Positions 18,929-28,097 of a stretch of 64,000 nucleotides of DNA are shown one piece after another (the stretch's first letter is position 1; each line of letters begins with the position of its first letter). The stretch covers positions 37,093-101,092 of the forward strand of contig JAVQSZ010000007.1 in the NCBI GenBank assembly GCA_033581555.1. Direction: 5' to 3'. The position numbers and the translations under genes are program-made. The notes below the pieces were generated by a model. The model was not told the origin of the DNA. It saw nothing but the letters and a program-made list of their open reading frames with translations, and did no database searches. Source of the stretch: Nitrososphaerota archaeon (GTDB lineage Archaea; Thermoproteota; Nitrososphaeria_A; Caldarchaeales; Calditenuaceae).

Positions 18929-20134
18929 CTACAGCAGCAGGAGCTCCGGGCTCTCCAGGTACCTCACCACGGTCCTCAGGAACCGGGTCGCGGGCTCCCC
19001 GTCGACTACCCTGTGGTCGAATGTGAGGGAGAGGGGCATCACGTGCCTCGGGACTATCTGGCCCTCGAAGACCCTCGGCATCAGGGATATCCTCCCGGTC
19101 CCCAGTATCGCGGTCTCCGGGTAGTTCGGGATCGGGTTGCCGCTGAGCCCCTCGACCGCGCCGTAGTTCGTGATGCCGATCGTCCCTCCCCTCACGTCCT
19201 CCAGCCTCAGGGCCCTCTTCCTCGCCTTCTCGACCAGCTCCTCGAGCCTCCCGGCCAGCTCGAAGAGGTTCAACGAGTCCGCGCCGTGCAGAATTGGCAC
19301 GACCAGGCCGTCTTGAGTATGGACCGCGACGCTCACGTTCACCCTCTTGTGGTATCTGATGACCTGCCTCTCGTCGTCGACGGTCGAGTTCAGCTCGGGG
19401 TGCTCCTTGGCCGCGAGCACCAGCGCCCTCACGAGGAACGGGAGGTAAGTCAGCCTCACGCCCCTCTTCTCCGCGACCTGCTTCAGGGACTCCCTCAGCT
19501 CCACGAGCCTCGTGACGTCGGCCTCGTCGAAGACCGTGACGTAGACCGCGTTCCTCGCTGCCCTGATCAGGTGCTCCGCGACCGCCCTCCTAATGCCCCT
19601 GAACGGAACCTCCTCGTACTCGGCCTCCGCGGTCACCGCAGGAGTCGCCTCGACCTGCACCCTCCTCATCGACTCAGCGTGCCTCCTCACGTCATCCTCG
19701 GTTATCCTCCCTCCAGGGCCGGTGCCCTTCACCTCCTCGATCGGGACGCCGAGCTCCCTCGCGAGCCTCCTGACCATCGGCGATGCCAGGACCTCCCTCT
19801 GGGATGGGCGCTCGGCCCTCTGCTGGACGACCTCCTGGGGCTGGGCGGGGACTTCCGCGGCCCTAGGAATAGGCCTCGGCTCCTCCGCGACCGCGGCTGC
19901 GACCTCCTCTATCACCGCGATCACCTGACCCACTTTGACGACCTCGCCCTCCCGCGCGAGGATCCTCGTCAACCTCCCCTCGACCGGCGAGGGGACCTCG
20001 ATGTTCACCTTGACCGTCGTGACCTCGACGATCGGCTGGAACTTCCTGACGTGGTCGCCCTCCTTCACCAGCCACCTGACGACCTCGGCCTCGGTCACGC
20101 CTTCGCCGATCTCCGGGAGCTTGACCTCCGCCAA
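18929..20134 (-). CDS. 2-oxoacid dehydrogenase E2 (dihydrolipoamide acyltransferase)
   Basis: Lipoyl domain (LPEIGEGVTEAEV...TVKVNIEVPSP), PSBD (ASPMVRRLARELG...GTGPGGRITEDDV), catalytic FDHRVVDG. Confidence 0.95.
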   Translation of the reverse strand: MAEVKLPEIGEGVTEAEVVRWLVKEGDHVRKFQPIVEVTTVKVNIEVPSPVEGRLTRILAREGEVVKVGQVIAVIEEVAAAVAEEPRPIPRAAEVPAQPQEVVQQRAERPSQREVLASPMVRRLARELGVPIEEVKGTGPGGRITEDDVRRHAESMRRVQVEATPAVTAEAEYEEVPFRGIRRAVAEHLIRAARNAVYVTVFDEADVTRLVELRESLKQVAEKRGVRLTYLPFLVRALVLAAKEHPELNSTVDDERQVIRYHKRVNVSVAVHTQDGLVVPILHGADSLNLFELAGRLEELVEKARKRALRLEDVRGGTIGITNYGAVEGLSGNPIPNYPETAILGTGRISLMPRVFEGQIVPRHVMPLSLTFDHRVVDGEPATRFLRTVVRYLESPELLLL

Positions 20135-20272
20135 CTCACGACTTGGGAGCCCGCCCTGCAGAAAACCTTTCCCCGCCGACTGCAGCCGACATGCTCCACC
20201 ACATCGGGTGCTCGTCGACGTCGGGGTCCTCGGTGAGAGCGGACTCAGAGGCGTCGAGTGGCCGAACCCACG

Positions 20273-20376
20273 CGGGCCCGGCGGGATTTGAACCCGCGAC
20301 CTCTCCCGGGGAACGGACCGACCTCGTCCCCAACCGGTTAAGAGCCGGCCGCTCTACCTGACTGAGCTACGGGCCC
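20273..20376 (-). tRNA. tRNA-Lys(CTT) with 30-nt non-canonical intron at about 43/44 (20303-20332)
   Basis: Reverse complement GGGCCCG TA GCTC AGTCAGGTA GAGC G GCCGG CT CTT AA CCGGT [30 nt] AGGTC GCGGG TTCAAAT CCCGC CGGGCCC G; 74 nt after splicing. Confidence 0.9.
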
Positions 20377-20513
20377 TCGGGCACTACCGAGCCCAGCCGG
20401 TATATTTGGGTGATCGGGCTCCATCGACCTCTCAACGGACCTGCCTCGTTCGACGTGCGTCTTAACATAGATTGATTTGTTGGCTAATCCTCGGGCCGTC
20501 AAAGGTGCGGTGC

Positions 20514-21917
20514 TTGCCGACGCTGCTCGACTCGACGCTCAGGGAGGGCGAGCTCTTCAAGTTCCTCACTCCGGAGAGGAAGCTGAGGGTCGCGGAGGTC
20601 CTCGCGGAGCTCGGGCTGAGGAGGGTCGAGGTGACCGTGGACTACCCGCCGAAGACGACCGAAGCCGACGTCAGGCCGGTCGTCGAGCTCCTGAGGGACA
20701 GGGGAGTCGAGGTGGTGATGCACGGCAGGGCCTACCGGGCGGACGTCGAGGCCTTCGCGAAGTACGACGTCGACGGCGTCGCAGTCTACGTCGCGGTCTC
20801 GAGGGTCCACAGGGAGCACAAGCTGAAGGGCATCTCGGAGGAGGAGGTAATGGCGAGGTTCCTCGAGGCGGCAGAGCTCTGCAGGTCCCAGGGCTACAGG
20901 TACGTCAGGGCGACGCTGGAGGACGTCTCACGGCTCTTCGTCGAGGGGCAGTTCGGGGAGCTGGACAGGCTGCTGGAGTTCACGAGGGAGCTCCGGAGCG
21001 CGGGCGCCACGATGGTCAGCCTCCCCGACACCAGCGGCCTCATGACTCCCCCGATCGCGGCCTCCTTCGTCAGGTACTGCAGGGAGAGGTCAGCCCTCCC
21101 GATCGCCTGCCACTTCCACAACGACTACGGCATGGCCTCCGCCAACACGGTGACCGCGGTGCTGGAGGGCGCGGAGGAGGCCCACGTCACGCTCTTCGGG
21201 ATCGGCGACAGGAACGGGATCGCGGACCTCTACGAGGTGGTCGCGACGCTCCACGACGTCCACGGCATCGACCTCGGAGTGAGGAGGGAGAGGCTGGCCT
21301 GGGCCTACGCGGAGTTCTCGAGGGTCGCGGGGATCAGGCACTATTGGAGGCACCCGTTGGCCCCCGAGTCGAGGACGGTCAGGGCCGGAGTCCACCAGTC
21401 GATGGTGATCAAGAGGCCCGACGGCTACATACCCCTCGGGAAGCTGAGGTTCGACTTCGACGGGGTCGCCCTGGCCCCGACGCCGTACATCAGCCACAAG
21501 GTCTTCCTCGACATCGCGTCGAGGCTGAACGCTTCGCTCGACGAGGAGACCGCGAGGAGGGCGGCGGAGTTCGTCGCGGCCCACTACGTCGCCAACGGCG
21601 GGAAGGTCAGGTTCCAGGAGCTGAAGGAGGGGCTGGAGGCGGTGCTCGGGCTCCGGATCCCGGAGGACCTCCTCAGGGCCTACTTCGGGATCGAGAAGGT
21701 CTACATCATGGTCAAGCTGAGGCCCCAGTCCGACGTCTCGAGGGTCGTCTCGGAGGTCTCGGGGTGGCAGGACGTCGAGGCGGTCGACGAGGTCTACGGC
21801 GACATGGACCTCGTGATCGTCGGGAGGGCGGCCTCGGGGCCCAACAACCTCGTCGAGAGGGTCAGGAGGGCGCTCCTCGGTATCGCGGAGGAGATGAAGG
21901 TCCTGGTGACCGACTGA
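20514..21917 (+). CDS. Homocitrate synthase-like DRE-TIM enzyme with C-terminal RAM (Lrp/AsnC ligand-binding) domain
   Basis: LDSTLREGE, LPDTSG, HFHNDYGMASAN, GIGDRNGI, AGVHQ; C-terminal YIMVKL...VDEVYGDMDLVI; TTG start 20514. Confidence 0.82.
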   Translation: MPTLLDSTLREGELFKFLTPERKLRVAEVLAELGLRRVEVTVDYPPKTTEADVRPVVELLRDRGVEVVMHGRAYRADVEAFAKYDVDGVAVYVAVSRVHREHKLKGISEEEVMARFLEAAELCRSQGYRYVRATLEDVSRLFVEGQFGELDRLLEFTRELRSAGATMVSLPDTSGLMTPPIAASFVRYCRERSALPIACHFHNDYGMASANTVTAVLEGAEEAHVTLFGIGDRNGIADLYEVVATLHDVHGIDLGVRRERLAWAYAEFSRVAGIRHYWRHPLAPESRTVRAGVHQSMVIKRPDGYIPLGKLRFDFDGVALAPTPYISHKVFLDIASRLNASLDEETARRAAEFVAAHYVANGGKVRFQELKEGLEAVLGLRIPEDLLRAYFGIEKVYIMVKLRPQSDVSRVVSEVSGWQDVEAVDEVYGDMDLVIVGRAASGPNNLVERVRRALLGIAEEMKVLVTD

Positions 21918-21953
21918 GCCCGGCTACGGTTTATTGACGGGGCGGGACGCGGA

Positions 21954-22979
21954 GTGCCGATGATCGAGCTGAAGGGCAAGGACCTGATCTCGAGCCAGGA
22001 CTGGTCCCTTGAGGAGATCGGCGCGGTCATGGACCTAGCGAGGGAGCTCAAGGTGATGAGGTACGCCGGGAACGTCCCGGAGCTCTTCAAGAACAGGACC
22101 TTCTTCATGATCTTCTACAACACCTCCACGAGGACTAGGGCGAGCTTCGAGGCCGCTGCGACGATGCTTGGAGGGCATGCGCAGTTCATCGACTTCGCCA
22201 CCACCAGGGGCGCGGAGGGCGAGTCGGTCAAGGACATGGCGAAGATGTACGAGAGGTTCGGGCACGCACTTGGGGTGAGGATATTGGAGTCAGCGGTCGA
22301 CTACGTCTACGGGAGGGGGAACGCGGTGGTGAGGGAGTACGCGGAACACGCGAGGATCCCCGTGGTCAACATGGCCGACGACATGTTCCACCCCTCCCAG
22401 GCGATCGCTGACCTCTACACGATTTCGGAGAGGTTCAACTGGAGGCCGGAGGGGAAGAGGTACGTCATCATGTGGGCCTACAGCGACCGGATAAGGAGCT
22501 GGGGTAGCGTCCAGGACGAAATGCTCCTCGCGACACGCTACGGGATGGACGTCGTCCTCTGCTACCCGCCGGGCTTCGACCTCGACGAGAGGCTCGTGAA
22601 GGTCGCGGAGCAGAACGCCAAGGACTCCGGCGGCTCGCTCGAGGTCTCCCACGACCCCAAAGAGGCGCTGAGGGGGGCCCACGTCGTCTTCCCGAGGAGC
22701 TGGGCGAGCCACGCCTGTGTCGTCGAGGGGCTGAACAGGTTCGGGAGGGAGAGGGAGCTGGAGCTCCACAAGAGGTACCAGGACTGGAGGCTGACGAGGG
22801 AGCTGACCGACCTGATGGACAGGCACGGGATCGTGACCCACGTCCTCCCGGTCTTCAGGGGCCAAGAGGCCGACGACGACGTCATGGACGGCCCCAGGAG
22901 CGTCATCTACGACCAGGCCGAGAACCTGCTCTACGTCAGGGCAGCGATCCTCGCCCTGATCGCGGGCACAGGGCCCTAA
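21954..22979 (+). CDS. ATC/OTC-family carbamoyltransferase, YgeW/knotted-like
   Basis: STRTR carbamoyl-phosphate motif, HPSQAIADL, HVLP; WAYS loop and PRSW replace the OTC GD..N and DxxxSMG motifs. Confidence 0.85.
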   Translation: MPMIELKGKDLISSQDWSLEEIGAVMDLARELKVMRYAGNVPELFKNRTFFMIFYNTSTRTRASFEAAATMLGGHAQFIDFATTRGAEGESVKDMAKMYERFGHALGVRILESAVDYVYGRGNAVVREYAEHARIPVVNMADDMFHPSQAIADLYTISERFNWRPEGKRYVIMWAYSDRIRSWGSVQDEMLLATRYGMDVVLCYPPGFDLDERLVKVAEQNAKDSGGSLEVSHDPKEALRGAHVVFPRSWASHACVVEGLNRFGRERELELHKRYQDWRLTRELTDLMDRHGIVTHVLPVFRGQEADDDVMDGPRSVIYDQAENLLYVRAAILALIAGTGP

Positions 22980-23028
22980 GGGGTTCCGGCGATTCCGTTA
23001 TCTCCGGGTCCAGGGGGCTCTCCGGGGA

Positions 23029-23712
23029 ATGGTGCTGACCGCGAAGGTCTTCGACGTCAGGGCGAAGTCGAACCTCGGTGCGATAGCCCAGAAGCTGAAG
23101 GACTTCAGGAGCGTCGAGGTCGTGAAGGAGGACGACACCGATGTCGAGCTGGTCACGGACGTCCACGACGTCAGGGGCGAGAGGGACAGGGTCTCCGGGG
23201 TATTCAGCAGGGACAAGCTGATCAGGGTCCGGCAGAGGGGGAAGGTGGTCCCGATCGTGAAGACGATCGACGCGTACATCGAGTTCAGGGACAGGGGCGA
23301 CAAGCTGCTGCTCGTGGTGATGCAGGAGAAGCACTTCGCCAACTACGTCGCGACCACCCTCAGCAACGCCCTCTTCCTCGACTTCAAGTCGATCGTCGAG
23401 GCGAGGATCCCCCACGAGAGGCTGGTGGAGCTCCACAACCGTAACCCTGAGTCGACGCGGCTGATCTGGTTCGACCAAGTCGACTACCCGGGGGTCGACA
23501 AGCTGGCCCTCGCGGGGCCCTCGCTGATGGACACCTCGATGTACGATGAGGCCCTCAGGCACGGGAAGATCTGGTACATCGTCTACGCCACGAGGGAGGG
23601 CGGGATGATCTACGGGCTGACTAGGAACTGCGTCGTCACTGCCTTCAGCAGGATCTCCGAGTCCGACTTCCTCGACTACGTGGTCAGGGAGGTACTGCCG
23701 CTGATAGAGTAA
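23029..23712 (+). CDS. Hypothetical protein (227 aa, alpha/beta)
   Basis: Long ORF with strongly host-like codon usage; no family recognised. Confidence 0.85.
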   Translation: MVLTAKVFDVRAKSNLGAIAQKLKDFRSVEVVKEDDTDVELVTDVHDVRGERDRVSGVFSRDKLIRVRQRGKVVPIVKTIDAYIEFRDRGDKLLLVVMQEKHFANYVATTLSNALFLDFKSIVEARIPHERLVELHNRNPESTRLIWFDQVDYPGVDKLALAGPSLMDTSMYDEALRHGKIWYIVYATREGGMIYGLTRNCVVTAFSRISESDFLDYVVREVLPLIE

Positions 23713-23737
23713 AAAATCTGGGCATGTCCGGCCGGCT

Positions 23738-25414
23738 TCAGAACGGGTACCTTCTCCTCCTGCCCACCACGATCGCAGCGCCTAGCAGGGCCGCTATCAC
23801 CGCGAGGAGCGCGGGTATGATGTAGGTCGTGATGGGTTCAGCGAAGATTTGCGTGGTCGTGAAGGTCTGAGTGGTCTGGAGAGTCTGCGTGGTCATGAAG
23901 GTCTGAGTGGTCTGGAGAGTCTGCGTGGTCATGAAGGTCAGGGTCGTCGACTCCGTTCTGGTCGTGGTCGTGAGGCTCGAGATTGTGGTAGTGGTGCTCG
24001 TGGTCCCGGTGAGCGTCGTCCTTTCGGTCTGCGTGATGGTGGTCGTCCTGATGTCGTAGGCCGTGGTCGTTGTCCCCACCACCGAGGTGACCGTGGTAGA
24101 GAAGGTCGTTGTCGTGGATGTAGTAACGGTCGTGGTGGTCGAGACCACTAACGCGTCGGGGCAGAACCTCGAGTAGAAGGCATCCATGACCCCTGGGTTG
24201 TTGATTGTCGGCGTGAACGACGTCAGCGCCGGCGTGGAGGCGATATCGCCTGGCGAAGGAGTCGCGATTGACAAGCTCGGGGACGAAATGCTGAAGCTGA
24301 TCGGTCCCATGGTGAGGTCAGGAACTGCGTAAAAGATCGGCCAGCTATCGGTATCGCCGCCGAAGACGACGCAGGATCCCAGCGGCGCTGAGTCGATGGC
24401 CCTCTGCTGTGACATCTCCCTCGCGACGACGAACGCGAAGGCGAAGCTGCCGTCGGACTTGAGCGCGACCATCAGGGCGTCCTGGGTGCCGAAGAGTGTC
24501 GTCGTCCCGAGAGAGTATACGATGCCGCCCACGACGGAGACTGACTGCGTGATCGCCGCACCAGGCGACATGTCGATCACTCTAACCCAGTCGGGGTTGA
24601 GGTTCCCCGGGTCGAGTCTCATGACCAGCATCCTCTGGCTAGCGGGGGTCGCATGTGTACCCGACACATAAACCCGTCCGCCGGATATCGCGATGTCCCT
24701 CCCCTCCTCGAAGTCCGGTGTCGCGAATGTCCTCGATGACTCGTGGTTGCCGTTGGAGTCGAAGCGTGACACGAAGAGGTCGCCGTTTGAGGTCCTGCCG
24801 GTTACGTATAGCTTCCCTCCGTCAAAGGCCACGGACTGTGCGAGGTCTCCTCCCCCGAAGACCTTGAACTCCCTGACCCACACGACGGCGAGGTCCGATG
24901 TTCGCACGGCCATCAGCAGCGCGCCGAGCTGCGTGGCGCCGGCGACGTAGATGGTATTGCCGTCTCCGCTGATCGCCAGCCCTTCGGCTTGGTCCGAGGG
25001 GCCGAAGTCGTAGACCTTCAGTCCCGCTAAATTACAGCTCGCGTCCATCCTCGCGATGAAGACGTTCGGCGGGTTCGGGCCGTAGTCAGTCAGTCCTACG
25101 ATGTAGACTCGTCCAGCGTGCACAACGACCTTCTTCGCGAGGTCCCTCGGACCTCCGCTGATGTCTACCGCAGAGCTGCACAGGTGCGAGTTGTCTGAGA
25201 GCCTGAAGACGGAGAGGAAGAAGTTCATCGGGTTAAGGCCGAAGCTCTGCGTTGCCCCGACGGCGTAGAGGTTGGTCCCGTCGACCGCTATGCCGCCGAA
25301 AAGCTCCGGCTGAGGTCCGCCGAAGCTCTGCCGGAACGTCACGACCTCCGCGTGAGCAGCTCCGAACGCCGTCAGCAGCATCCCCACCGTCAGGAGGAGT
25401 ATGCTTGCCCTCAC
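23738..25414 (-). CDS. Cell-surface protein: signal peptide, beta-propeller repeats, Thr-rich stalk, C-terminal TM anchor
   Basis: Hydrophobic N-terminus ending AHA; repeated G.xYV.G.T blades; TTTVTTSTTTTF linker; TM helix followed by RRRR. Confidence 0.88.
   Translation of the reverse strand: MRASILLLTVGMLLTAFGAAHAEVVTFRQSFGGPQPELFGGIAVDGTNLYAVGATQSFGLNPMNFFLSVFRLSDNSHLCSSAVDISGGPRDLAKKVVVHAGRVYIVGLTDYGPNPPNVFIARMDASCNLAGLKVYDFGPSDQAEGLAISGDGNTIYVAGATQLGALLMAVRTSDLAVVWVREFKVFGGGDLAQSVAFDGGKLYVTGRTSNGDLFVSRFDSNGNHESSRTFATPDFEEGRDIAISGGRVYVSGTHATPASQRMLVMRLDPGNLNPDWVRVIDMSPGAAITQSVSVVGGIVYSLGTTTLFGTQDALMVALKSDGSFAFAFVVAREMSQQRAIDSAPLGSCVVFGGDTDSWPIFYAVPDLTMGPISFSISSPSLSIATPSPGDIASTPALTSFTPTINNPGVMDAFYSRFCPDALVVSTTTTVTTSTTTTFSTTVTSVVGTTTTAYDIRTTTITQTERTTLTGTTSTTTTISSLTTTTRTESTTLTFMTTQTLQTTQTFMTTQTLQTTQTFTTTQIFAEPITTYIIPALLAVIAALLGAAIVVGRRRRYPF
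23861..23939. repeat. 36-bp perfect tandem repeat (about 2.2 copies) encoding MTTQTLQTTQTF
   Basis: gaaggtctgagtggtctggagagtctgcgtggtcat at 23861 and 23897, partial copy at 23933. Confidence 0.95.
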
Positions 25415-25540
25415 GCCGCGAGGGTCAGGCGTGTTAAAGTTATTTCTTTTCCCGATCGAGTGAGTAGAAGCGCTGACGTAGTGAATACGGGAGATCGCGC
25501 ACGCAATACGCGGGTCAGATCCTGGGATTATCGGCTCTAC

Positions 25541-26749
25541 TCAGTACCTGGGCATGCTGGGGTCGATCCTCTCCGCGTAGGCGTCTATCCCCCCGGCGAG
25601 GTTGTAGGCCCGGGTTATCCCGATGTCCCTGAGTAGCTTGACCGCGAGCGCGCTCCTCTGGCCGGTGTGGCAGTAGACCACGACCCTCTTCGTCTGGTCG
25701 ATCTCGTGGAGCCTCGAGGTGAGCTGGCCCAGGGGTATCAGCTTCGCGCCCGGGATGTGGCAGATCTCCCACTCCACGGGTTCCCTCACGTCGATCAGCT
25801 CGACCCTCTCGCCCCGTTCCACCATCTCCTTGAACTGCTCCGGCGTCACGCTGAAGCCCGCGCCCATCTCCTCGCCGGTGACCCTGACGCCGCAGAAGGC
25901 CTCGTAGTCGATCAGCTCCCTGATGGTCGGGTTGTCGCCGCAGACCGGGCAGTTCCTGTCCCTCTGGAAGGAGAGCTCCCTGAAGGTTATCGAGAGCGCG
26001 TCGACCAGCAGGAGCTTCCCTATCAGCGGCCTCCCGACCCCGAGGATCAGCTTGATCGCCTCGTTCGCCTGGAGCGAGCCTATGATCCCCGGAAGGACTC
26101 CGAGGACTCCGCCTTCTGCGCAGGAGGGGACGAGGCCCGGAGGTGGAGGCTCTGGATAGAGGCACCTGTAGCACGGCCCCTTCCCCGCGTAAAAGACCGA
26201 GACCTGGCCGTCGAACCTGAAGATGCTCCCGTAGACCAGCGGCTTGCCGAGGAGGACGCAGGCGTCGTTCAGGAGGTACCTCGTCGGGAAGTTGTCGGTC
26301 GCGTCGATCACGACGTCGTAGTCCCTGATGACCTCGATGGCGTTCGAGGAGTTGATCGTCGAGTTGTAGGTCGTCACCTCGACGTAGGGGTTGAGCCTCT
26401 CGAGCCTCTCCTTCGCGGCCTCGACCTTCGGCCTCCCGACGTCCTCGGTGGTGAAGAGGACCTGGCGCTGGAGGTTGGTCTCGTCGACCGCGTCGAAGTC
26501 GACGATCCCGATCCTCCCGACGCCCGCGGCCGCGAGGTAGAGCGCCACCGGAGACCCGAGGCCTCCGGCCCCGACCACCAGGACCTTCGCAGCCTTCAGC
26601 CTCCTCTGCCCCTTCATCCCGACCTCCGGCATGATCAGGTGTCTCCCGTACCTCCTGATCTCCGGGAAGCTCAGCGCGACCTCCTCCCATCCCCTAACGA
26701 CCGGTTCGATCGACGCTAGCTCGACCACCTCGCCGCCCCTGAAGTCCAT
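25541..26749 (-). CDS. moeB: MoeB/ThiF E1-like adenylyltransferase fused to C-terminal rhodanese
   Basis: RYGRHL, GAGGLG, NLQRQ, DATDNFPTRY, CYRC, SCAEGGVLG, CPVC; rhodanese DVRE...YCHTGQRS...LAGGI. Confidence 0.94.
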   Translation of the reverse strand: MDFRGGEVVELASIEPVVRGWEEVALSFPEIRRYGRHLIMPEVGMKGQRRLKAAKVLVVGAGGLGSPVALYLAAAGVGRIGIVDFDAVDETNLQRQVLFTTEDVGRPKVEAAKERLERLNPYVEVTTYNSTINSSNAIEVIRDYDVVIDATDNFPTRYLLNDACVLLGKPLVYGSIFRFDGQVSVFYAGKGPCYRCLYPEPPPPGLVPSCAEGGVLGVLPGIIGSLQANEAIKLILGVGRPLIGKLLLVDALSITFRELSFQRDRNCPVCGDNPTIRELIDYEAFCGVRVTGEEMGAGFSVTPEQFKEMVERGERVELIDVREPVEWEICHIPGAKLIPLGQLTSRLHEIDQTKRVVVYCHTGQRSALAVKLLRDIGITRAYNLAGGIDAYAERIDPSMPRY

Positions 26750-26926
26750 CCGTATTTAATTCTGAGCGGCCCTCGCGCTCCGCCGCTAGACCGTTCCCCA
26801 CGTCAGGCTTGCTTCCAGTTCCCGAGAGAGCGGTTCCGCTATTCGCAGCCGAGCTCGGATTTGCCGCAAAAACATATTTTTACCCCGTACAGAATGTGTA
26901 CCGCAATTACGATGTCAGTCAGGGCG

Positions 26927-27358
26927 ATGGACGAGAAGGACAGGAGGCTTGTCGAGTACCTCGTCAGGGACGCGAGGATGCCGTACAAGAGGCTGGGGGA
27001 GCTCGTCGGGCTCTCGGAGGGCGCGGTCAGGAAGAGGGTGAAGAGGCTGAGGGAGCTGGGGCTCCTGAGGTTCACGGCGATCGTCGACGACAAGTCGATG
27101 GTCAAGGCGATCACGATGATCAACGTGGACCCCGGAACTCCGACGCCCTCGGTCGCGGAGACCCTCTCGAAGCTCGAGGGCGTGCTGGAGGTCCACGAGG
27201 TCACCGGGAACTTCGACGCGGTCGCGATTATCCTCGCGAGGGACATGGCTTCTCTGAACAGGTGCATCGACAGCATCAGGAGGATCAGGGGGATCAGGAG
27301 CACCAACACCTGCATCGTGCTGAGGTCCGTGCAGTCCTCGCTCCCCAACAAGCGCTAG
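26927..27358 (+). CDS. Lrp/AsnC family transcriptional regulator (LysM-like)
   Basis: MDEKDRRLVEYLVRDARMPYKRLGELVGLSEGAVRKRVKRL HTH plus RAM domain EVTGNFD. Confidence 0.92.
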   Translation: MDEKDRRLVEYLVRDARMPYKRLGELVGLSEGAVRKRVKRLRELGLLRFTAIVDDKSMVKAITMINVDPGTPTPSVAETLSKLEGVLEVHEVTGNFDAVAIILARDMASLNRCIDSIRRIRGIRSTNTCIVLRSVQSSLPNKR

Positions 27359-27434
27359 CTCTGCGGGCTCCGGAACGCTCATCGGGCCGATCGCTCGGTC
27401 ATCCGTTAAATAATGCCTCGGCGCATCCTTCAAC

Positions 27435-28097
27435 GTGGACAAGACGATCACGTGGATCTCGGTTCTGCTGATCGTCACGGGGGCCGCGGGGATCTTCCTC
27501 ACGTACTCCGGCGTCTCCAAGACCTTCGAGCACGGGATGAACGCGGTCTCGGCGCTCCTACTCCTGATGGGCGTGCTGATGCTCCCCGGAGGTCTCCTGA
27601 GGGGCGGGCCTCCGAGCGTGTCGGTGAAGCAGGCGATGGCCATCGGCCTCGCGGTCTTCGCGGTCAGTGCTGGCCTCTCGACGGCCGCGGTCGTCGGGTA
27701 CGGTCCCTTCAAGCTCCTCCATGCCGTGGGTCCGACCATCGGCGAGGCGCCGATCAAGGTCTTCGTCTCGATAATCCCCGGCTCATGGGACCCGAGGCAG
27801 CCTGAGAACTACGTGCCCAAGGACGTCAGGGTCGTCCTGTTCATCAACCACACCGTTGTCTGGACCAACGACGAGGAGCTCGACGTCGCCCACACGGTCA
27901 CCCACGACGGAGGCCTCTTCGACTCGGGGCTCTTCGGGAAGGGTGAGAGGTTCGTCTACTCTTTCTCGAGGGAGGGCGTCTACACCTACCACTGCGTCCC
28001 GCACCCGTGGATGAGGGGCTCCGTGACGGTTGAGTCGATACCGACGGACCAGGTCAGGGAGGTCCTCCGGAGGCTGAACGTCACCGCTACCTCCTGA
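27435..28097 (+). CDS. Membrane-anchored cupredoxin (plastocyanin/azurin family)
   Basis: Three N-terminal TM helices; WTND...HTVT...YHCVPHPWMRG type-1 copper ligands. Confidence 0.92.
   Translation: MDKTITWISVLLIVTGAAGIFLTYSGVSKTFEHGMNAVSALLLLMGVLMLPGGLLRGGPPSVSVKQAMAIGLAVFAVSAGLSTAAVVGYGPFKLLHAVGPTIGEAPIKVFVSIIPGSWDPRQPENYVPKDVRVVLFINHTVVWTNDEELDVAHTVTHDGGLFDSGLFGKGERFVYSFSREGVYTYHCVPHPWMRGSVTVESIPTDQVREVLRRLNVTATS

Noticed and set aside
23861-23939. 36-bp repeats as a possible CRISPR array
   Set aside because: Directly tandem with no spacers, in frame within a Thr-rich coding stalk; no cas genes.
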